Source of the DNA: Phycisphaeraceae bacterium | GTDB lineage: Bacteria; Planctomycetota; Phycisphaerae; Phycisphaerales; Phycisphaeraceae | DNA: 64,000 bases | Reading direction: 5' to 3' | Assembly: GCA_963674705.1 (NCBI GenBank) | Contig: OY771506.1 | Location: 5,376,001-5,440,000 of the forward strand | Part shown: piece after piece, positions 10,288 to 21,161 of the stretch | How positions within the stretch are numbered: position 1 is the first letter of the stretch | How the letters are laid out: each line of letters begins with the position of its first letter | Program-made: the position numbers and the translations under genes | The notes under the pieces: generated by a model | Databases searched by the model: none | Told to the model about the DNA's origin: nothing | The model's input: only the letters and a program-made list of their open reading frames with translations

Positions 10288-10397
10288 TACATAGTGATGA
10301 GTGATGCCTGAAAATCAAACCGGGGTGAGTCGACAGAACCGGGCGACGGTGTGGTAGTGATATTGGGCGGTCAACCAATCCATATCGGGACGGAATC

Positions 10398-11198
10398 ATG
10401 TCTGACAAACGCAAAGGTTTCACACTGATCGAACTGCTGGTTGTTATTTCCATCATCGCGCTGTTGGTAGGCATCCTGCTGCCGGCACTAAGCGCCGCAA
10501 GACGCACCGCACGATCGATGATCTGCCAGAACAACCTCAGGCAGATCGGCATCGGTATCTGGGCGTACAGCTACGAGAACCAGGACCTGTTCCCACCGGC
10601 CTATATGGATGGGGCTCAGGGCTCTGACTGGGCGGTGATGATCAATGCGTATCTTGCTCAATCAGGTAAAGACACGTATCAGGATGCCGAGTATCAGCAT
10701 CAGACGAAGGTGCTTACCTGCCCGGAAGCATTGATCGACGGCGGCCGATTGCATTACGGTGCGAACCTGTTGTTTATGCCGGTCTTCCCGTGGTCGACCG
10801 CTGCGGGTTTGAAAGTCTATAACACGAATGACCTGGTGCGTACGACCGAGACAATGATGATCGGTGATGCATCACAGATGCTGACGGCCAGCAACTATGG
10901 CGACAGCTACTCGGGGTTGGACCGGCTTGACGCGTTCGGCGCCAACGAGAAGTCTGAATATTACTCAGCCGACTATCAATACAACGATCGCGTGATCAAA
11001 GACGGGCCACGTTTCAGCACCGACCCTCGCTACACGGGCCCGCGCGCCGGCCAGGGTGACCTGCGGTATCGCCACGCCGGCAGTGACGGATCGGTGAATC
11101 TGCTGTATACCGACGGTCACTCGGGCAATGCCAATCGTGGTGAAATACTTAAACGTAATGTCCGTGCAGATCCACCCTCCGATCTTGCCGACCGATAG
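10398..11198 (+). CDS. Prepilin-type N-terminal cleavage/methylation protein (DUF1559/H-X9-DG-like)
   Basis: [32 protein letters not shown]...CQNNLRQIG...[19 protein letters not shown]. Confidence 0.9.
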   Translation: MSDKRKGFTLIELLVVISIIALLVGILLPALSAARRTARSMICQNNLRQIGIGIWAYSYENQDLFPPAYMDGAQGSDWAVMINAYLAQSGKDTYQDAEYQHQTKVLTCPEALIDGGRLHYGANLLFMPVFPWSTAAGLKVYNTNDLVRTTETMMIGDASQMLTASNYGDSYSGLDRLDAFGANEKSEYYSADYQYNDRVIKDGPRFSTDPRYTGPRAGQGDLRYRHAGSDGSVNLLYTDGHSGNANRGEILKRNVRADPPSDLADR

Positions 11199-11212
11199 AG
11201 GTGAAAGCAGAC

Positions 11213-12028
11213 ATGTCTAAAGTAAAGCGAAACACCACGGCCGCGCTTGTGACCTGTGCTGTGGCGGGTTGTATCAGCCCTTGCCATGCCGTTACGCCGG
11301 ATGAGTTGCAACGCCCGGGCTGGACGCTGACGTTCCATGATGAATTCGATGGATCGGCTGTCGATACTGAGAAGTGGGAAGTGCTGACGCGCAAGAACAG
11401 TCACAACGAAGAGAAGCAGTATTATCTTCCTGAACAGGCGGCGATAGTCGATGGCGTGTTACGCATCACTGCTACGAACGAGCCATACGAAGGCAAAGAC
11501 TATCGCTCGGCCCGGCTCGAAAGCTGGTTCACCCAGAAGTACGGCCGATTTGAAGTGCGTGCAAAGATACCCACAACCAAAGGCATCTGGCCGGCGATCT
11601 GGCTGTTGCCGCGTGAGGGCCATTGGCCTCACAACGGCGAGATCGACATCATGGAGCACGGCGGCAGCCGATCGCATGATGTCAGTTGCGCGATTCACTT
11701 TGCAGACGAAAACCGCCAGCACAAACACGTCTGGGCGGTGCATCAAGCTGAGGACAAGAACGGCAAACCCATCGAGTGGGCCAAAGACTTCCATATCTAC
11801 GCGGCGGAGTGGTCGCCGAAAGACGTCGCTTTCTTTGTAGATGACGTCGAATACTACCGCGTCGGTTACGACAAGATACCCGAACTAAAAACGCCGATGT
11901 GTGTCATACTCAATACCGCGGTTGGCGGCTGGTTCGACGGTGACCCGGATGACAACACCGTGTTCCCACAATTCTTCGACATTGACTATGTGCGTGTGTA
12001 TCAGAAGGATGAATGGGACGATGAATAG
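11213..12028 (+). CDS. Secreted single-domain GH16 (beta-1,3-glucanase-like)
   Basis: Signal peptide; WTLTFHDEFDG, GIWPAIWLL, GEIDIMEH, FHIYAAEW, FDIDYVRVY. Alternative GTG start at 11201. Confidence 0.92.
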   Translation: MSKVKRNTTAALVTCAVAGCISPCHAVTPDELQRPGWTLTFHDEFDGSAVDTEKWEVLTRKNSHNEEKQYYLPEQAAIVDGVLRITATNEPYEGKDYRSARLESWFTQKYGRFEVRAKIPTTKGIWPAIWLLPREGHWPHNGEIDIMEHGGSRSHDVSCAIHFADENRQHKHVWAVHQAEDKNGKPIEWAKDFHIYAAEWSPKDVAFFVDDVEYYRVGYDKIPELKTPMCVILNTAVGGWFDGDPDDNTVFPQFFDIDYVRVYQKDEWDDE

Positions 12029-12120
12029 GCAAACGCCATAGATTAATCACGTTCTCGTTTGGACCGGGGAACGATACCACTGAAGACAAGAGCCAATCAC
12101 AGTCTAAATTTATAATGGTT

Positions 12121-12192
12121 GCCACACTTTGACCCGAAGTGCAAAGTGTGTTCTGTCAACGCACACTTGCTGCTGCGCAGTCAAAGTGTGGC
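12121..12192. terminator. Long nested hairpin between the convergent GH16 and GH17 genes
   Basis: GCCACACTTTGAC (12121-12133) pairs with GTCAAAGTGTGGC (12180-12192); inner GCAAAGTGTG pairs imperfectly with CACACTTGC. No U-tract. Confidence 0.45.
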
Positions 12193-12221
12193 GCCCGACT
12201 GATGCGGATAGTGGCTAAGCA

Positions 12222-13283
12222 CTACTCTTCGGCAGCGATGGCTTTCTTCGGTGTCCGGTCGGTGTTGTAAAGCCCCCAGTGTTTTTCTGCGCCGTCCGGG
12301 TGATCGCCCCCCTTCCACTTCTCATCGAACGCTTCAAAGTAGAAGTACGGGATCTTCATGTGTCGTGTCCACTCGACAAATTCTGAATAGAAAACTTCTT
12401 GGCTATCTTCGCCGGCGTTGCCTTTGATGTACTTGCCATCATCCCCGTCTTTGTGGATCTGAGTCGCCCAGCCGGCTTCACCGATGACAAACTTGTGATT
12501 GGGATGAGCAAGCACGTTGACTTCGTATTGCTCGCGCGTCCAGTCCATGGCCTGTTCAAGCTGTTGGCCGTTCCACATCGCGTAGATATGCGTCACGATA
12601 AAATCCACTTCATCGGCAAGCGCTTTGCTCTTAGGCTGCGCCCAATAGCTGAAGACATCGGCCGTGCTGACCGGTACTGTTGTAGCCGCTCGTACCCGAC
12701 GGATGTAATCCACCAGCACCGGCGTACGGACTTTGTGGAACGACCAGGACACATGCGTCTCATTGCCCACGGTCACCGCTGCCACCACATCCGGATATTC
12801 ATTTGCCAAAAGGATCGCGGCTGCGACCTCCGCACGATTCGCCGCCTTCGTCTCGGGGAAACTTTCAACAATCTCCCCGGCTTCGTTCACTCTCGCTTCG
12901 GTTGCGATCCATGCACCCACAACCACTTTCATATCGATGTCGTGCTCGCGGATCAGTTGCAGCACATCTTCGGTAACGCCCTGCGAGCCGTACATACGCA
13001 GCATCTGCCAATGCTTGCTGAGGATCAGCAGGTCTTCGAGCAGTTGTTCACGGGTCGGTGATGCACCGTCGGGAGATTGCCCGTCACGGTGCGGGCCGTA
13101 GCAGATGCCGTTACCGAGCCATCGCCCGTCTTCCATCACAATGAAAGGCCGTTTCACAAAAGGTGCTTCACGTTCGCACGCTGCATCCCAATCGGGCTCC
13201 ATACTCTTTGCATGCAGCGTAGCGCCACAACCAGCAAACGGTGCAACCAATACACAAGCCAGAATCATCAGGATTGTCTTCAT
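12222..13283 (-). CDS. GH17 family beta-1,3-glucan-active enzyme, possibly a lipoprotein
   Basis: MKTILMILACVLVAPFAGC signal; ICYGPHRDGQSP, LRMYG, VTVGNE, VIGEAGWAT, YFEAFDEKWK, EKHWGLY. Confidence 0.88.
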   Translation of the reverse strand: MKTILMILACVLVAPFAGCGATLHAKSMEPDWDAACEREAPFVKRPFIVMEDGRWLGNGICYGPHRDGQSPDGASPTREQLLEDLLILSKHWQMLRMYGSQGVTEDVLQLIREHDIDMKVVVGAWIATEARVNEAGEIVESFPETKAANRAEVAAAILLANEYPDVVAAVTVGNETHVSWSFHKVRTPVLVDYIRRVRAATTVPVSTADVFSYWAQPKSKALADEVDFIVTHIYAMWNGQQLEQAMDWTREQYEVNVLAHPNHKFVIGEAGWATQIHKDGDDGKYIKGNAGEDSQEVFYSEFVEWTRHMKIPYFYFEAFDEKWKGGDHPDGAEKHWGLYNTDRTPKKAIAAEE

Positions 13284-13369
13284 GAGTTGAAACCTCATTC
13301 GATCGGGTCGTTGATCATGCCATGTTAAAATAAACCACAATGCGTAACGCCTGAGTATACCGCGCCCGG

Positions 13370-13388
13370 AAAGTAACATTGTTACTTT
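13370..13388. promoter_or_regulatory. Palindromic candidate operator upstream of the GH17 gene
   Basis: AAAGTAACA-t-TGTTACTTT, a perfect 9-bp inverted repeat about 90 nt upstream of the start codon. Confidence 0.5.
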
Positions 13389-13468
13389 AGAAGATATCGT
13401 TGATACCACGTTACGCGATTGTGAGTTGCTTGCTCTGATCAACCGGGGAAAGACTGTTTGTAATCACA

Positions 13469-14461
13469 TCAATCTTTCAGGATCGATTCAATCTGATCGA
13501 GTTCTCCATCAGACAATGTCATGTTATCCAAGGCACCGACACAATCCTCGATCTGCCGGACCTTACTCGCGCCGATCAGCGCGGAGGTCACGGTCTCGTG
13601 GCGTAACACCCAGATGAGCGCGAACTGAGCCAGGCTCTGGCCGCGTTGCTGCGCCAATTCATTGAGCGCCTTGATCTTCGTGATCTTGTCGTCGGTGATG
13701 TGTTCTCTTTTCAGGAAGCCGTGCGACTTGGCTGCCCGCGAATCCTCCGGCACGCCGTTGATGTACTTATTCGTAAGCAGGCCTTGCGCTAACGGGCAGA
13801 AGACGATCGCACCGATGCCTTCATCATCAAGCGTTTCAAGCAGGCCATCCTCGACCCACCGGTTGAACATGCTGTAGGACGGCTGATGAATCAGGCATGG
13901 TGTACCCAACTCACGCAACACTTCCACCGCACGACGAGTATGGTCCGGCTGGTAAGAAGAGATCCCCGCATACAGCGCTTTGCCCGAACGCACGATCTGG
14001 TCCAGCGCGCCCATGGTTTCTTCGATCGGCGTATCCGGATCAGGCCGGTGGCTGTAGAAGATGTCGACGTAGTCGAGCCCCATACGTTTGAGGCTCTGAT
14101 CGCAACTGGCGATCATGTACTTGCGTGAACCCCATTCGCCGTAGGGCCCGGGCCACATGTAGTACCCGGCCTTGCTGGAGATAATCATCTCGTCGCGGTG
14201 TGCGCCGATCCCTTCCTTGAGGATCTTGCCGAAGTTGGTTTCCGCCGAACCCGCGGATGGGCCGTAATTGTTGGCAAGGTCGAAGTGGGTGATGCCCAGG
14301 TCAAAGGCCCGGTGGATCATCGCCTTGGCCTCGTCGTAGGGATCGACATCCCCGAAGTTGTGCCAGAGCCCCAGCGAGATGGCGGGCAGCTTCAGGCCGC
14401 TATGGCCGCAGCGGCGGTAAGTCATGGATTGGTAACGGTCGTCAGCGGGTGTGTAGGTCAT
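13469..14461 (-). CDS. gpr: Aldo/keto reductase, L-glyceraldehyde 3-phosphate reductase type
   Basis: YRRCGHSGLKLPAISLGLWHNFG, ITHFDLANNYGP, KAGYYMWPGPYGEWGSRKY, DYVDIFYSHRPD. Confidence 0.9.
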   Translation of the reverse strand: MTYTPADDRYQSMTYRRCGHSGLKLPAISLGLWHNFGDVDPYDEAKAMIHRAFDLGITHFDLANNYGPSAGSAETNFGKILKEGIGAHRDEMIISSKAGYYMWPGPYGEWGSRKYMIASCDQSLKRMGLDYVDIFYSHRPDPDTPIEETMGALDQIVRSGKALYAGISSYQPDHTRRAVEVLRELGTPCLIHQPSYSMFNRWVEDGLLETLDDEGIGAIVFCPLAQGLLTNKYINGVPEDSRAAKSHGFLKREHITDDKITKIKALNELAQQRGQSLAQFALIWVLRHETVTSALIGASKVRQIEDCVGALDNMTLSDGELDQIESILKD

Positions 14462-14859
14462 GGGTGAGGGTGTGGGGTCTGGGGTTTGGGGTCTGGGCAA
14501 TTATGGATAAGGTTGTTTATAACGAATGGTAGCCGATTCTGGTCGCGATCTCAGGGCGATCCGTCGCGAAGTTTCTCCGCCCTAACATATTAAGAGCACA
14601 TGGCTAATAATGATTGGCCCAAAACGCTTGATCGTGCCCATAGTGGGGGTAAAATTATACGCAGTGGGGTGTTACGGCGGATCTGCAGTGGATGCCGGCG
14701 GCGGGCCCTGGTAACTGACTGGGCCAATTGCACGTTACGCCGATGTCGGCATCACGACCGCCCTGGCATGGAACACACATGATTGTAAATCGATTCATCT
14801 GAACCGGTACGGTGATAGCCTATCCCGTCAGGATGGAGTGTTTCGGAGAAGTCAGCCAC

Positions 14860-15672
14860 ATGCCCACGCTTTGGCCAACCGTTAACGATCAGATCCGATC
14901 CGAGAGGATTCGACGCGGAGGTTTGGGTTGCGCCCGTGGCTACGCGTTCACGCTGATCGAGTTGCTGGTGGTTATTGCTATCATCGCGCTGTTAATCGGC
15001 ATCCTACTGCCTGCATTAGCCAGCGCACGCAATTCCGCCCGTATCGCGGTGTGTGGGTCCAATCAACGCCAGATCAGTTTGCTGTGGCATTACTATCTTG
15101 AAGATCACAAAGAGGCCTTCCCCTACTTCGCTCTGGGTGTCGACAACATTACGTGGAAGTACGGGGGCAATCCGGACTGGTGGAAAACCAATCCTCCATC
15201 CCGCCCGTTAACACCCTACACTGATAATCCCGAGATGTTCCGTTGCCCTTCCGACCGCCCTATCCGCAAACTTGCGGGCGGATATGTAACCGTTGGCAGC
15301 AGCGGCACGGTTTATAATACCTACGAGTACACCGGCAACAGTTACCTTGGGAACCATGTGCTGCTGCAAGCCGCGGTCAATCCATCGGACTGGATCCTAA
15401 GCGGTATCCATCTTGCGGATATCGAGGTCAGCCATTCAAGGCTGATCCTCGCCGGTGATCCTCAATGGTATTACGCCACAAATGAACCACAATACGAAGC
15501 CGACTTCCACGATCGTGATAACAAGATCAATATCACGTTCGTCGATGGACACGTTGATTTTGTACAAGTCGAAGAAGACACACGTGAAACCGACAGCTAC
15601 GGGTGGATCTTCTTTAAAACAATCCCCAAGGGTTGGGAACAATACTTCGAAGAGGAAGAAACGGAAGAATAA
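14860..15672 (+). CDS. Prepilin-type N-terminal cleavage/methylation protein (DUF1559/H-X9-DG-like)
   Basis: [32 protein letters not shown]...CGSNQRQI...FRCPSD...[17 protein letters not shown]. Start codon uncertain. Confidence 0.88.
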   Translation: MPTLWPTVNDQIRSERIRRGGLGCARGYAFTLIELLVVIAIIALLIGILLPALASARNSARIAVCGSNQRQISLLWHYYLEDHKEAFPYFALGVDNITWKYGGNPDWWKTNPPSRPLTPYTDNPEMFRCPSDRPIRKLAGGYVTVGSSGTVYNTYEYTGNSYLGNHVLLQAAVNPSDWILSGIHLADIEVSHSRLILAGDPQWYYATNEPQYEADFHDRDNKINITFVDGHVDFVQVEEDTRETDSYGWIFFKTIPKGWEQYFEEEETEE

Positions 15673-15718
15673 TCTGCTACGCTGGCCGTGAAAGCGAGCG
15701 AAGTACGTTACCGCGGGA

Positions 15719-17371
15719 TTAATTCTTTTCTTTCGTGGTATCCCTGGTATTCACTTCATCTTCCGCCACCTGGTGGATCAATACCTGCATACGTAACCGT
15801 GAACCCGGCTGTTCCTGCAGCAATGGCGTATGAGGTTTCAACGGTTGTGTTGTGATATTGTGCAGCAGATTCGACCAGTCAAACGGCTGAACCGGTTCAG
15901 ATTGTGAACCCGTTGAAGTTTCTTCGCTGTCAGCTTCGTCATCGGTATCCGATTGTGCCGCACGTGGTGCTGGTGGTGTGTTGCTGGACGTCATGGCATG
16001 AGAAAGCCCCGTGGTGGTACCGGGCCAGTGGCTGCGCGTCACGCTCCGGTTTGCCAGCGCTTTGGGTTGATTGTCGGATTCTGCATCCTCGCCAGCAGCA
16101 ACACGTGTATTTGCGTTGTCACCCTGCGCCAGAGCCACGAGTTCAGCCTGCTGACTGGGATTACTGTTCAGGAAAGCAAGAAATTCGGGTAATTGTTCCT
16201 GTTTAATCTCGATGACCAATTGCGAATCGGTAACAGGTCCACCGGCGCCGCCACTGGCCCCCGCACGGCTCATCAATGATTCGGCCCCCGGCTCCTCTTC
16301 AATCCGCACACTGTTGGACATTGCCCAGTCACGGATCTGGCGGCTGGCCAGCGTCGGGCTCACCGTATTGACCAGGATCTGCGTGTTCTGGCTGATCCTG
16401 GCGGTATCGTCTTCATCGCTGTATCCCAGGAATGGATTGATAGCAGCCGTTTTGGTTTCGTCTGCCCGATCCGAGCCTGTCGCATCGGCAATCAGAACAG
16501 GTTCCGCTTTATCCGTGACGTCAGTTTCCGTCGCATCGACTAAAACCGTATCGATGGCTTCCGCGTCCTTGGATTGTTTCGCGGCGGCAAGGGTAGTTTC
16601 AGGTAAATCATCAGCAGCCAGTAAATCCGCCTCAGGTTGTTCTGGTTCAATCGCAGTCGTATCGCTCGGCTCAGCTGACACTAACTCGGTTTCAGCATGG
16701 CCGGGTTCTTCTGATTCAGAATCAGTAGTCTCAGCCTCATCACGTGCTTTGGCCATCGCCGGCGGTATCGATCCCATCAATGTTTCCGGCTTGGTCGACT
16801 CTGATTCGGTCACATCTGCTGCTGTAGCGACTGTCGTTTCTGTGGTCTTATCTTTTTCGGCAGCATTCACCGCTTCATCTTCAAGAGCGACTGATTCTTC
16901 TCCATCAGCCATCGCAAACGTTGAATCAGAGAGGTCAGTTGATTCTCCATCCGCATCAGTCGGAGTTAAACTTCTAGCAAGTGGCGGGCCGGGGTGATGC
17001 AGCAGGCCGGAGGGCATCAATGTCGGCACCACCACAGCGGCGCTCAATAACAACACCGCTGCGATACCGGAGTACATCAGTACCCGACGGAACCGGTGCG
17101 GGTTCACAGGCATCGTCAAAGGCTCGGGGGCCTCAGGATCGCCCAATAGCTCGGCCCGTTCCTGCGTTTGGATGACCTGGTCGATCAACCCGATCGGAGC
17201 CACGGACCGACCCAGGCTGCGCAGGCGCTCGCGGTCCAGCTTCATCTGGGTGACGAGGCTGCGCAGCTCATGATCTTCAGCGAGGGTGACTTCAAACGCT
17301 TCACGTTCAGCGTCGTCCAGTTCACCCTCGATGTAGCCGAGGATCAGGTCTTGGTTGTATCGATCAGTCAC
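15719..17371 (-). CDS. Putative transmembrane anti-sigma factor with long acidic extracytoplasmic region
   Basis: Overlaps the ECF sigma stop by 4 nt; N-terminal LILGYIEGELDDAEREAFEVTL anti-sigma-like motif; one TM helix (GIAAVLLLSAAVVV). Confidence 0.8.
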   Translation of the reverse strand: MTDRYNQDLILGYIEGELDDAEREAFEVTLAEDHELRSLVTQMKLDRERLRSLGRSVAPIGLIDQVIQTQERAELLGDPEAPEPLTMPVNPHRFRRVLMYSGIAAVLLLSAAVVVPTLMPSGLLHHPGPPLARSLTPTDADGESTDLSDSTFAMADGEESVALEDEAVNAAEKDKTTETTVATAADVTESESTKPETLMGSIPPAMAKARDEAETTDSESEEPGHAETELVSAEPSDTTAIEPEQPEADLLAADDLPETTLAAAKQSKDAEAIDTVLVDATETDVTDKAEPVLIADATGSDRADETKTAAINPFLGYSDEDDTARISQNTQILVNTVSPTLASRQIRDWAMSNSVRIEEEPGAESLMSRAGASGGAGGPVTDSQLVIEIKQEQLPEFLAFLNSNPSQQAELVALAQGDNANTRVAAGEDAESDNQPKALANRSVTRSHWPGTTTGLSHAMTSSNTPPAPRAAQSDTDDEADSEETSTGSQSEPVQPFDWSNLLHNITTQPLKPHTPLLQEQPGSRLRMQVLIHQVAEDEVNTRDTTKEKN

Positions 17372-18099
17372 GGTACACCTCCCCCCCGGCCCCCGGTGTT
17401 ACCCCCGCCCCCCGAAGCCTCCCCAGAACCACCCCCTGAAACGATTGAATCTACTTGACGGTCCTTGCCACACAGTCGGTCGACTTCCTGTCTCAACGCC
17501 AGCCTCGCCCTGAACAGCCGACTCTTAACCGTGCCGACGGGTATATCCAGCGTCTGGCTGATCTGAGCATAATCCATCTGCTCGATATCCCGTAGTACCA
17601 GCACCGCCCTGAAGTCGTCATCGAGGTTCGCCAGCGCCTGTTGGAGCTTTTCCAGCATCTCCCCTTCTTGGACGCTTTGCTCGGGTCCGGGTTCACTGAA
17701 ATCGGCCAACTGATGGCGAAGTGCTGTGGCCTGATCGCCCTGGAAGTCGGTCTGTGTGGCCTGGTCAAGGCTGACAGCTCGGCGGAGCCTGCGTTTTCGC
17801 AGATGTGAGATCGACTGATTCATCGCGATACGCGTCATCCACGTCGCCAGACCCGATTCGCCACGGAATCGGCCGATGCCTTGCACGATCTTCAGCAGCA
17901 CGTCCTGACAGACCTCGGCCGCATCGTCCGGATGGCTGAGCATCCGCAGACAGACGCTGTACAGCCGGTCCTGGTGGGCCATAAGCAACTCACCGAGAGC
18001 CTGGCGGTCCCCTTTGCGGGCCTTGGCGATCAGAGCCTGTTCAGCCGTAGGGGTCATGTGGTCGGGGTCCGTGGGGTGAAATCGGGTGCGGTCGATCAA
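17368..18099 (-). CDS. ECF RNA polymerase sigma-70 factor
   Basis: Region 2 [13 protein letters not shown]...[17 protein letters not shown]; region 4 [31 protein letters not shown]. Start may be ATG 18057. Confidence 0.93.
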   Translation of the reverse strand: MIDRTRFHPTDPDHMTPTAEQALIAKARKGDRQALGELLMAHQDRLYSVCLRMLSHPDDAAEVCQDVLLKIVQGIGRFRGESGLATWMTRIAMNQSISHLRKRRLRRAVSLDQATQTDFQGDQATALRHQLADFSEPGPEQSVQEGEMLEKLQQALANLDDDFRAVLVLRDIEQMDYAQISQTLDIPVGTVKSRLFRARLALRQEVDRLCGKDRQVDSIVSGGGSGEASGGGGNTGGRGGGVP

Positions 18100-18125
18100 T
18101 CGTCAAGGTCCGATGGCCAAGGGTC

Positions 18126-18152
18126 TTACGTCCCGTATTGGACAGTAGTTCC
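18126..18152 (-). promoter_or_regulatory. Putative autoregulatory ECF promoter
   Basis: Minus strand reads GGAACT-N16-CGTAA directly upstream of the ECF gene, matching the general AAC...CGT ECF consensus. Confidence 0.65.
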
Positions 18153-18263
18153 GTTCGGGCGTGCCTCCCTGAATCCAAGCGTGTACTATGGCTACTCGAA
18201 GCCATAGGGTCAACCCCGCAGCGTCTTATAAAAAAGCCTCAATTTCAGCCCACGGACAAAAAC

Positions 18264-19712
18264 ATGGATGCCGACCTACGCTATGTCTCCCCGCTAGCCA
18301 GCCGTAACGCCTCGCCTCGGATGCAGGCCATCTGGTCCCCCCGCTTCCGTTTCAGCACCTGGCGTCGGCTGTGGCTCGCTCTGGCCGAGGCGGAACGAGA
18401 GTTGGGCCTGGAGATCAGCGAAGAGCAGGTGGCGGAACTGCGTGCTCATCTAGAAGACATCGACTACGCCAAGGCGGCTGAGTACGAGATGAAACTGCGT
18501 CACGACGTGATGGCCCATGTCCACACGCTCGGTGATGCCGCCCCCAAAGCCCGGCCGATCATCCACCTCGGCGCGACCAGCCAGTTCGTCAACTGCAACA
18601 CCGAACTGATCCAGACGCGCGACGCACTGACCATCATTGCCGAGAAGCTGGCGGTCGCTATCGATCGACTGAGCAAGTTTGCGCTTAAGTACAAAGACCT
18701 GCCCACGCTCGGTTTCACCCACTTCCAACCGGCCCAGCCGACAACCGTCGGCAAACGTGCGGCAGGTTGGGCGCAGGATCTAGCGCTTGCCTTAGAGGAA
18801 GTCGAACACCGGATTGCGTCGCTACGCTTCCGTGGCGTCAAAGGTACAACCGGCACACAGGCATCGTTCCTCGCACTGTTCGGTGGCAACACGCCCGTAG
18901 CACACGACAAGGTCGAGAAACTCGATCGCCTTGTTACTGAGAAGATGGGCTGGTCGATAGACAAACGCTTCGCGGTGACAGGCCAAACGTATCCACGTGT
19001 CGTTGATGGCATGGTGGTCGCCAGCCTGGCTGCGGTTGCAAGCGCTGCGCAAAAGTTCGCCACCGATGTCCGCCTGCTCGCCAACCGAAAAGAAATCGAA
19101 GAGCCCTTCGAGAAGAACCAGATCGGCTCATCCGCGATGGCATACAAGCGTAACCCGATGCGCTGCGAGCGGATCTGCGGGCTATCACGCTTTGTCATCG
19201 GTATGACTCAGACACCTTTCGTCACCGCTGCGGAGCAATGGCTCGAACGCACGCTTGACGATTCCAGCGCCCGCCGACTGACGCTGCCCGAGCCGTTCCT
19301 CGCGCTCGACGGCGTCCTTGAATTACTTGTTAACGTTACCTCCGGCCTGGTCGTCTACGAAAAGACGATCGCCGCGAACCTCGCTGCTGAACTACCTTTC
19401 ATGGCAACCGAAAACATCCTGATGGCTGCTGTGCAGGCCGGTGGCGATCGACAGGAGCTGCACGAAGTGATCCGCACGCACAGCCAGGCAGCGGCCCAGC
19501 GCGTCAAGGCCGAGGGAGCGTCGAACGATCTGCTGGATCGGCTGCGTGATGAGCCCGCATTCAAGGATGTCGACCTGAACGCAGCATTAGAACCGTCGCA
19601 ATTCGTCGGCCGGGCGCCGCAGCAGGTGGAAGCCTTCATCGCAGAGGTCGTCGAACCGATCCGCAAACGTTATGAGCAGGCGTTGAGTTATGAAGCGTCA
19701 CTGAGCGTGTAA
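18264..19712 (+). CDS. purB: Adenylosuccinate lyase
   Basis: [39 protein letters not shown] and signature [15 protein letters not shown]. Confidence 0.96.
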   Translation: MDADLRYVSPLASRNASPRMQAIWSPRFRFSTWRRLWLALAEAERELGLEISEEQVAELRAHLEDIDYAKAAEYEMKLRHDVMAHVHTLGDAAPKARPIIHLGATSQFVNCNTELIQTRDALTIIAEKLAVAIDRLSKFALKYKDLPTLGFTHFQPAQPTTVGKRAAGWAQDLALALEEVEHRIASLRFRGVKGTTGTQASFLALFGGNTPVAHDKVEKLDRLVTEKMGWSIDKRFAVTGQTYPRVVDGMVVASLAAVASAAQKFATDVRLLANRKEIEEPFEKNQIGSSAMAYKRNPMRCERICGLSRFVIGMTQTPFVTAAEQWLERTLDDSSARRLTLPEPFLALDGVLELLVNVTSGLVVYEKTIAANLAAELPFMATENILMAAVQAGGDRQELHEVIRTHSQAAAQRVKAEGASNDLLDRLRDEPAFKDVDLNAALEPSQFVGRAPQQVEAFIAEVVEPIRKRYEQALSYEASLSV

Positions 19713-19771
19713 TTGATGATAATCAGCCTGCTCCCGGGAACCTTTGTGTTGTACCGGCCGTAGTTACCTCG

Positions 19772-20743
19772 ATGTCAGAACTAAAGAAAACCAGGTGGCA
19801 ACGCATTACCCGGCTTCTTGTCGGTGTTCTGTGGTTTGCCAGCGTTATGACGGTACTGGGCCTGGCGGTACGCATGACCATCCGCGATCGCTTGCCTGTT
19901 TTTTCTATCCTGTACTATGCAACGCCGCTAATGGTGCTGACGTTTGGCGGTCTTTTTTCTACCGCAGGTTGGCTCATACGCCGGCGCTGGAAAATAACTG
20001 TCGGTTTCCTCATCATCACATTATTTTCGGGCTACCTGACGTTTGATCAGTGTTACGTCTATCGCAGTAGAGAAATCAAGGCAACGAACCTTCGGGTGTT
20101 GTTCTGGAATCCGGCCCGCGGCAGCGTGCAGGGCTTGAGAGCGGCCGCGGATGCTGCCAATAACTACCAGGCGGATCTGATCGGCATCGTCGAAGGCGGC
20201 GCTCGTGGTCGAGATGACAACAACGCTGCTTGGGACGGCGCACTGCCGGACTATAACTCAAGCCGTTTACATGCGGGGTTGGTTATCTTGACGAAAGGAA
20301 CGGTCAACAGCAGCGAAATGCATATATTGCCCGGCAGAGGCAAGGTGCTGATCGCTGAGGTTGTCATTCATGAACAGCCACTGACGGTCGCTGTCGTTGA
20401 CTTCGACGCGAATGTCTTTCTATCGCGCAGGGCGGCCATTGATGAGCTGATGAATCAACTTGACCAATCCGCCAAATTACCGGACATCATCATGGGGGAC
20501 TTCAATACGCCGGGTGATTCGGTTGCGATGGATGTGCTTCGCGATCGATACACCAACGCGTTCGACACCTGTGGCAATGGTTACAAACCGACCTGGCCTG
20601 TGCCAATGCCGGTACTGCAACTGGACCATATCTGGCTCGGGCCAAAGATCTGGGGCGCAAAGTGTGAGGCAGGCTGGACAACGCTATCCGACCACCGCCC
20701 GCTTATACTCGAAGCATATCTCGAACATGGGAATGATGACTGA
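19772..20743 (+). CDS. Membrane-anchored endonuclease/exonuclease/phosphatase family protein
   Basis: Three N-terminal TM helices; IMGDFNTP, LQLDHIW and SDHRP motifs. Confidence 0.88.
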   Translation: MSELKKTRWQRITRLLVGVLWFASVMTVLGLAVRMTIRDRLPVFSILYYATPLMVLTFGGLFSTAGWLIRRRWKITVGFLIITLFSGYLTFDQCYVYRSREIKATNLRVLFWNPARGSVQGLRAAADAANNYQADLIGIVEGGARGRDDNNAAWDGALPDYNSSRLHAGLVILTKGTVNSSEMHILPGRGKVLIAEVVIHEQPLTVAVVDFDANVFLSRRAAIDELMNQLDQSAKLPDIIMGDFNTPGDSVAMDVLRDRYTNAFDTCGNGYKPTWPVPMPVLQLDHIWLGPKIWGAKCEAGWTTLSDHRPLILEAYLEHGNDD

Positions 20744-20759
20744 TTGGCACGAGTCACAA

Positions 20760-21161
20760 TCAACTCCAATACACACGTATCGTGACTTTTGTGCCGCTTT
20801 CATCCACCCTGACCTCTGCAAACTGCGCACCGCCGCCGGGTTGTATCTGATAGACGCGTGAACCATGCTCCACTTCAACAGTAGCATCCCTGGTCCCTTT
20901 AGATGAAGCGAGCCAGGTTTCGATATCCTGACGCGGCGCTTCGAACGATATGACAAACTCACGTGTGAACATACTCCCTCTTACATCAACGTTTATCGAT
21001 GTAACCGAGGCAGGCAACGGATCGACACGGGCCCATTCTTGCGTGATTTGTATAGCCTGAGCACGTGAAAAGACGCGATACCCAAAAGCTAAACCACCGA
21101 TAGCGATCAGCATCGCCAGCAATATGTAGAGCTTTTTTCGTCCGGAAGGTTTCATGCTCAA
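20760..21161 (-). CDS. Hypothetical membrane-anchored protein
   Basis: 133-aa ORF overlapping the nadA stop; N-terminal basic stretch plus TM helix. Confidence 0.65.
   Translation of the reverse strand: MSMKPSGRKKLYILLAMLIAIGGLAFGYRVFSRAQAIQITQEWARVDPLPASVTSINVDVRGSMFTREFVISFEAPRQDIETWLASSKGTRDATVEVEHGSRVYQIQPGGGAQFAEVRVDESGTKVTIRVYWS

Noticed and set aside
18264..19712. Eukaryote-like PurB sequence as possible gene transfer
   Set aside because: This PurB subtype occurs in many bacteria, and nothing in composition or context suggests recent transfer.
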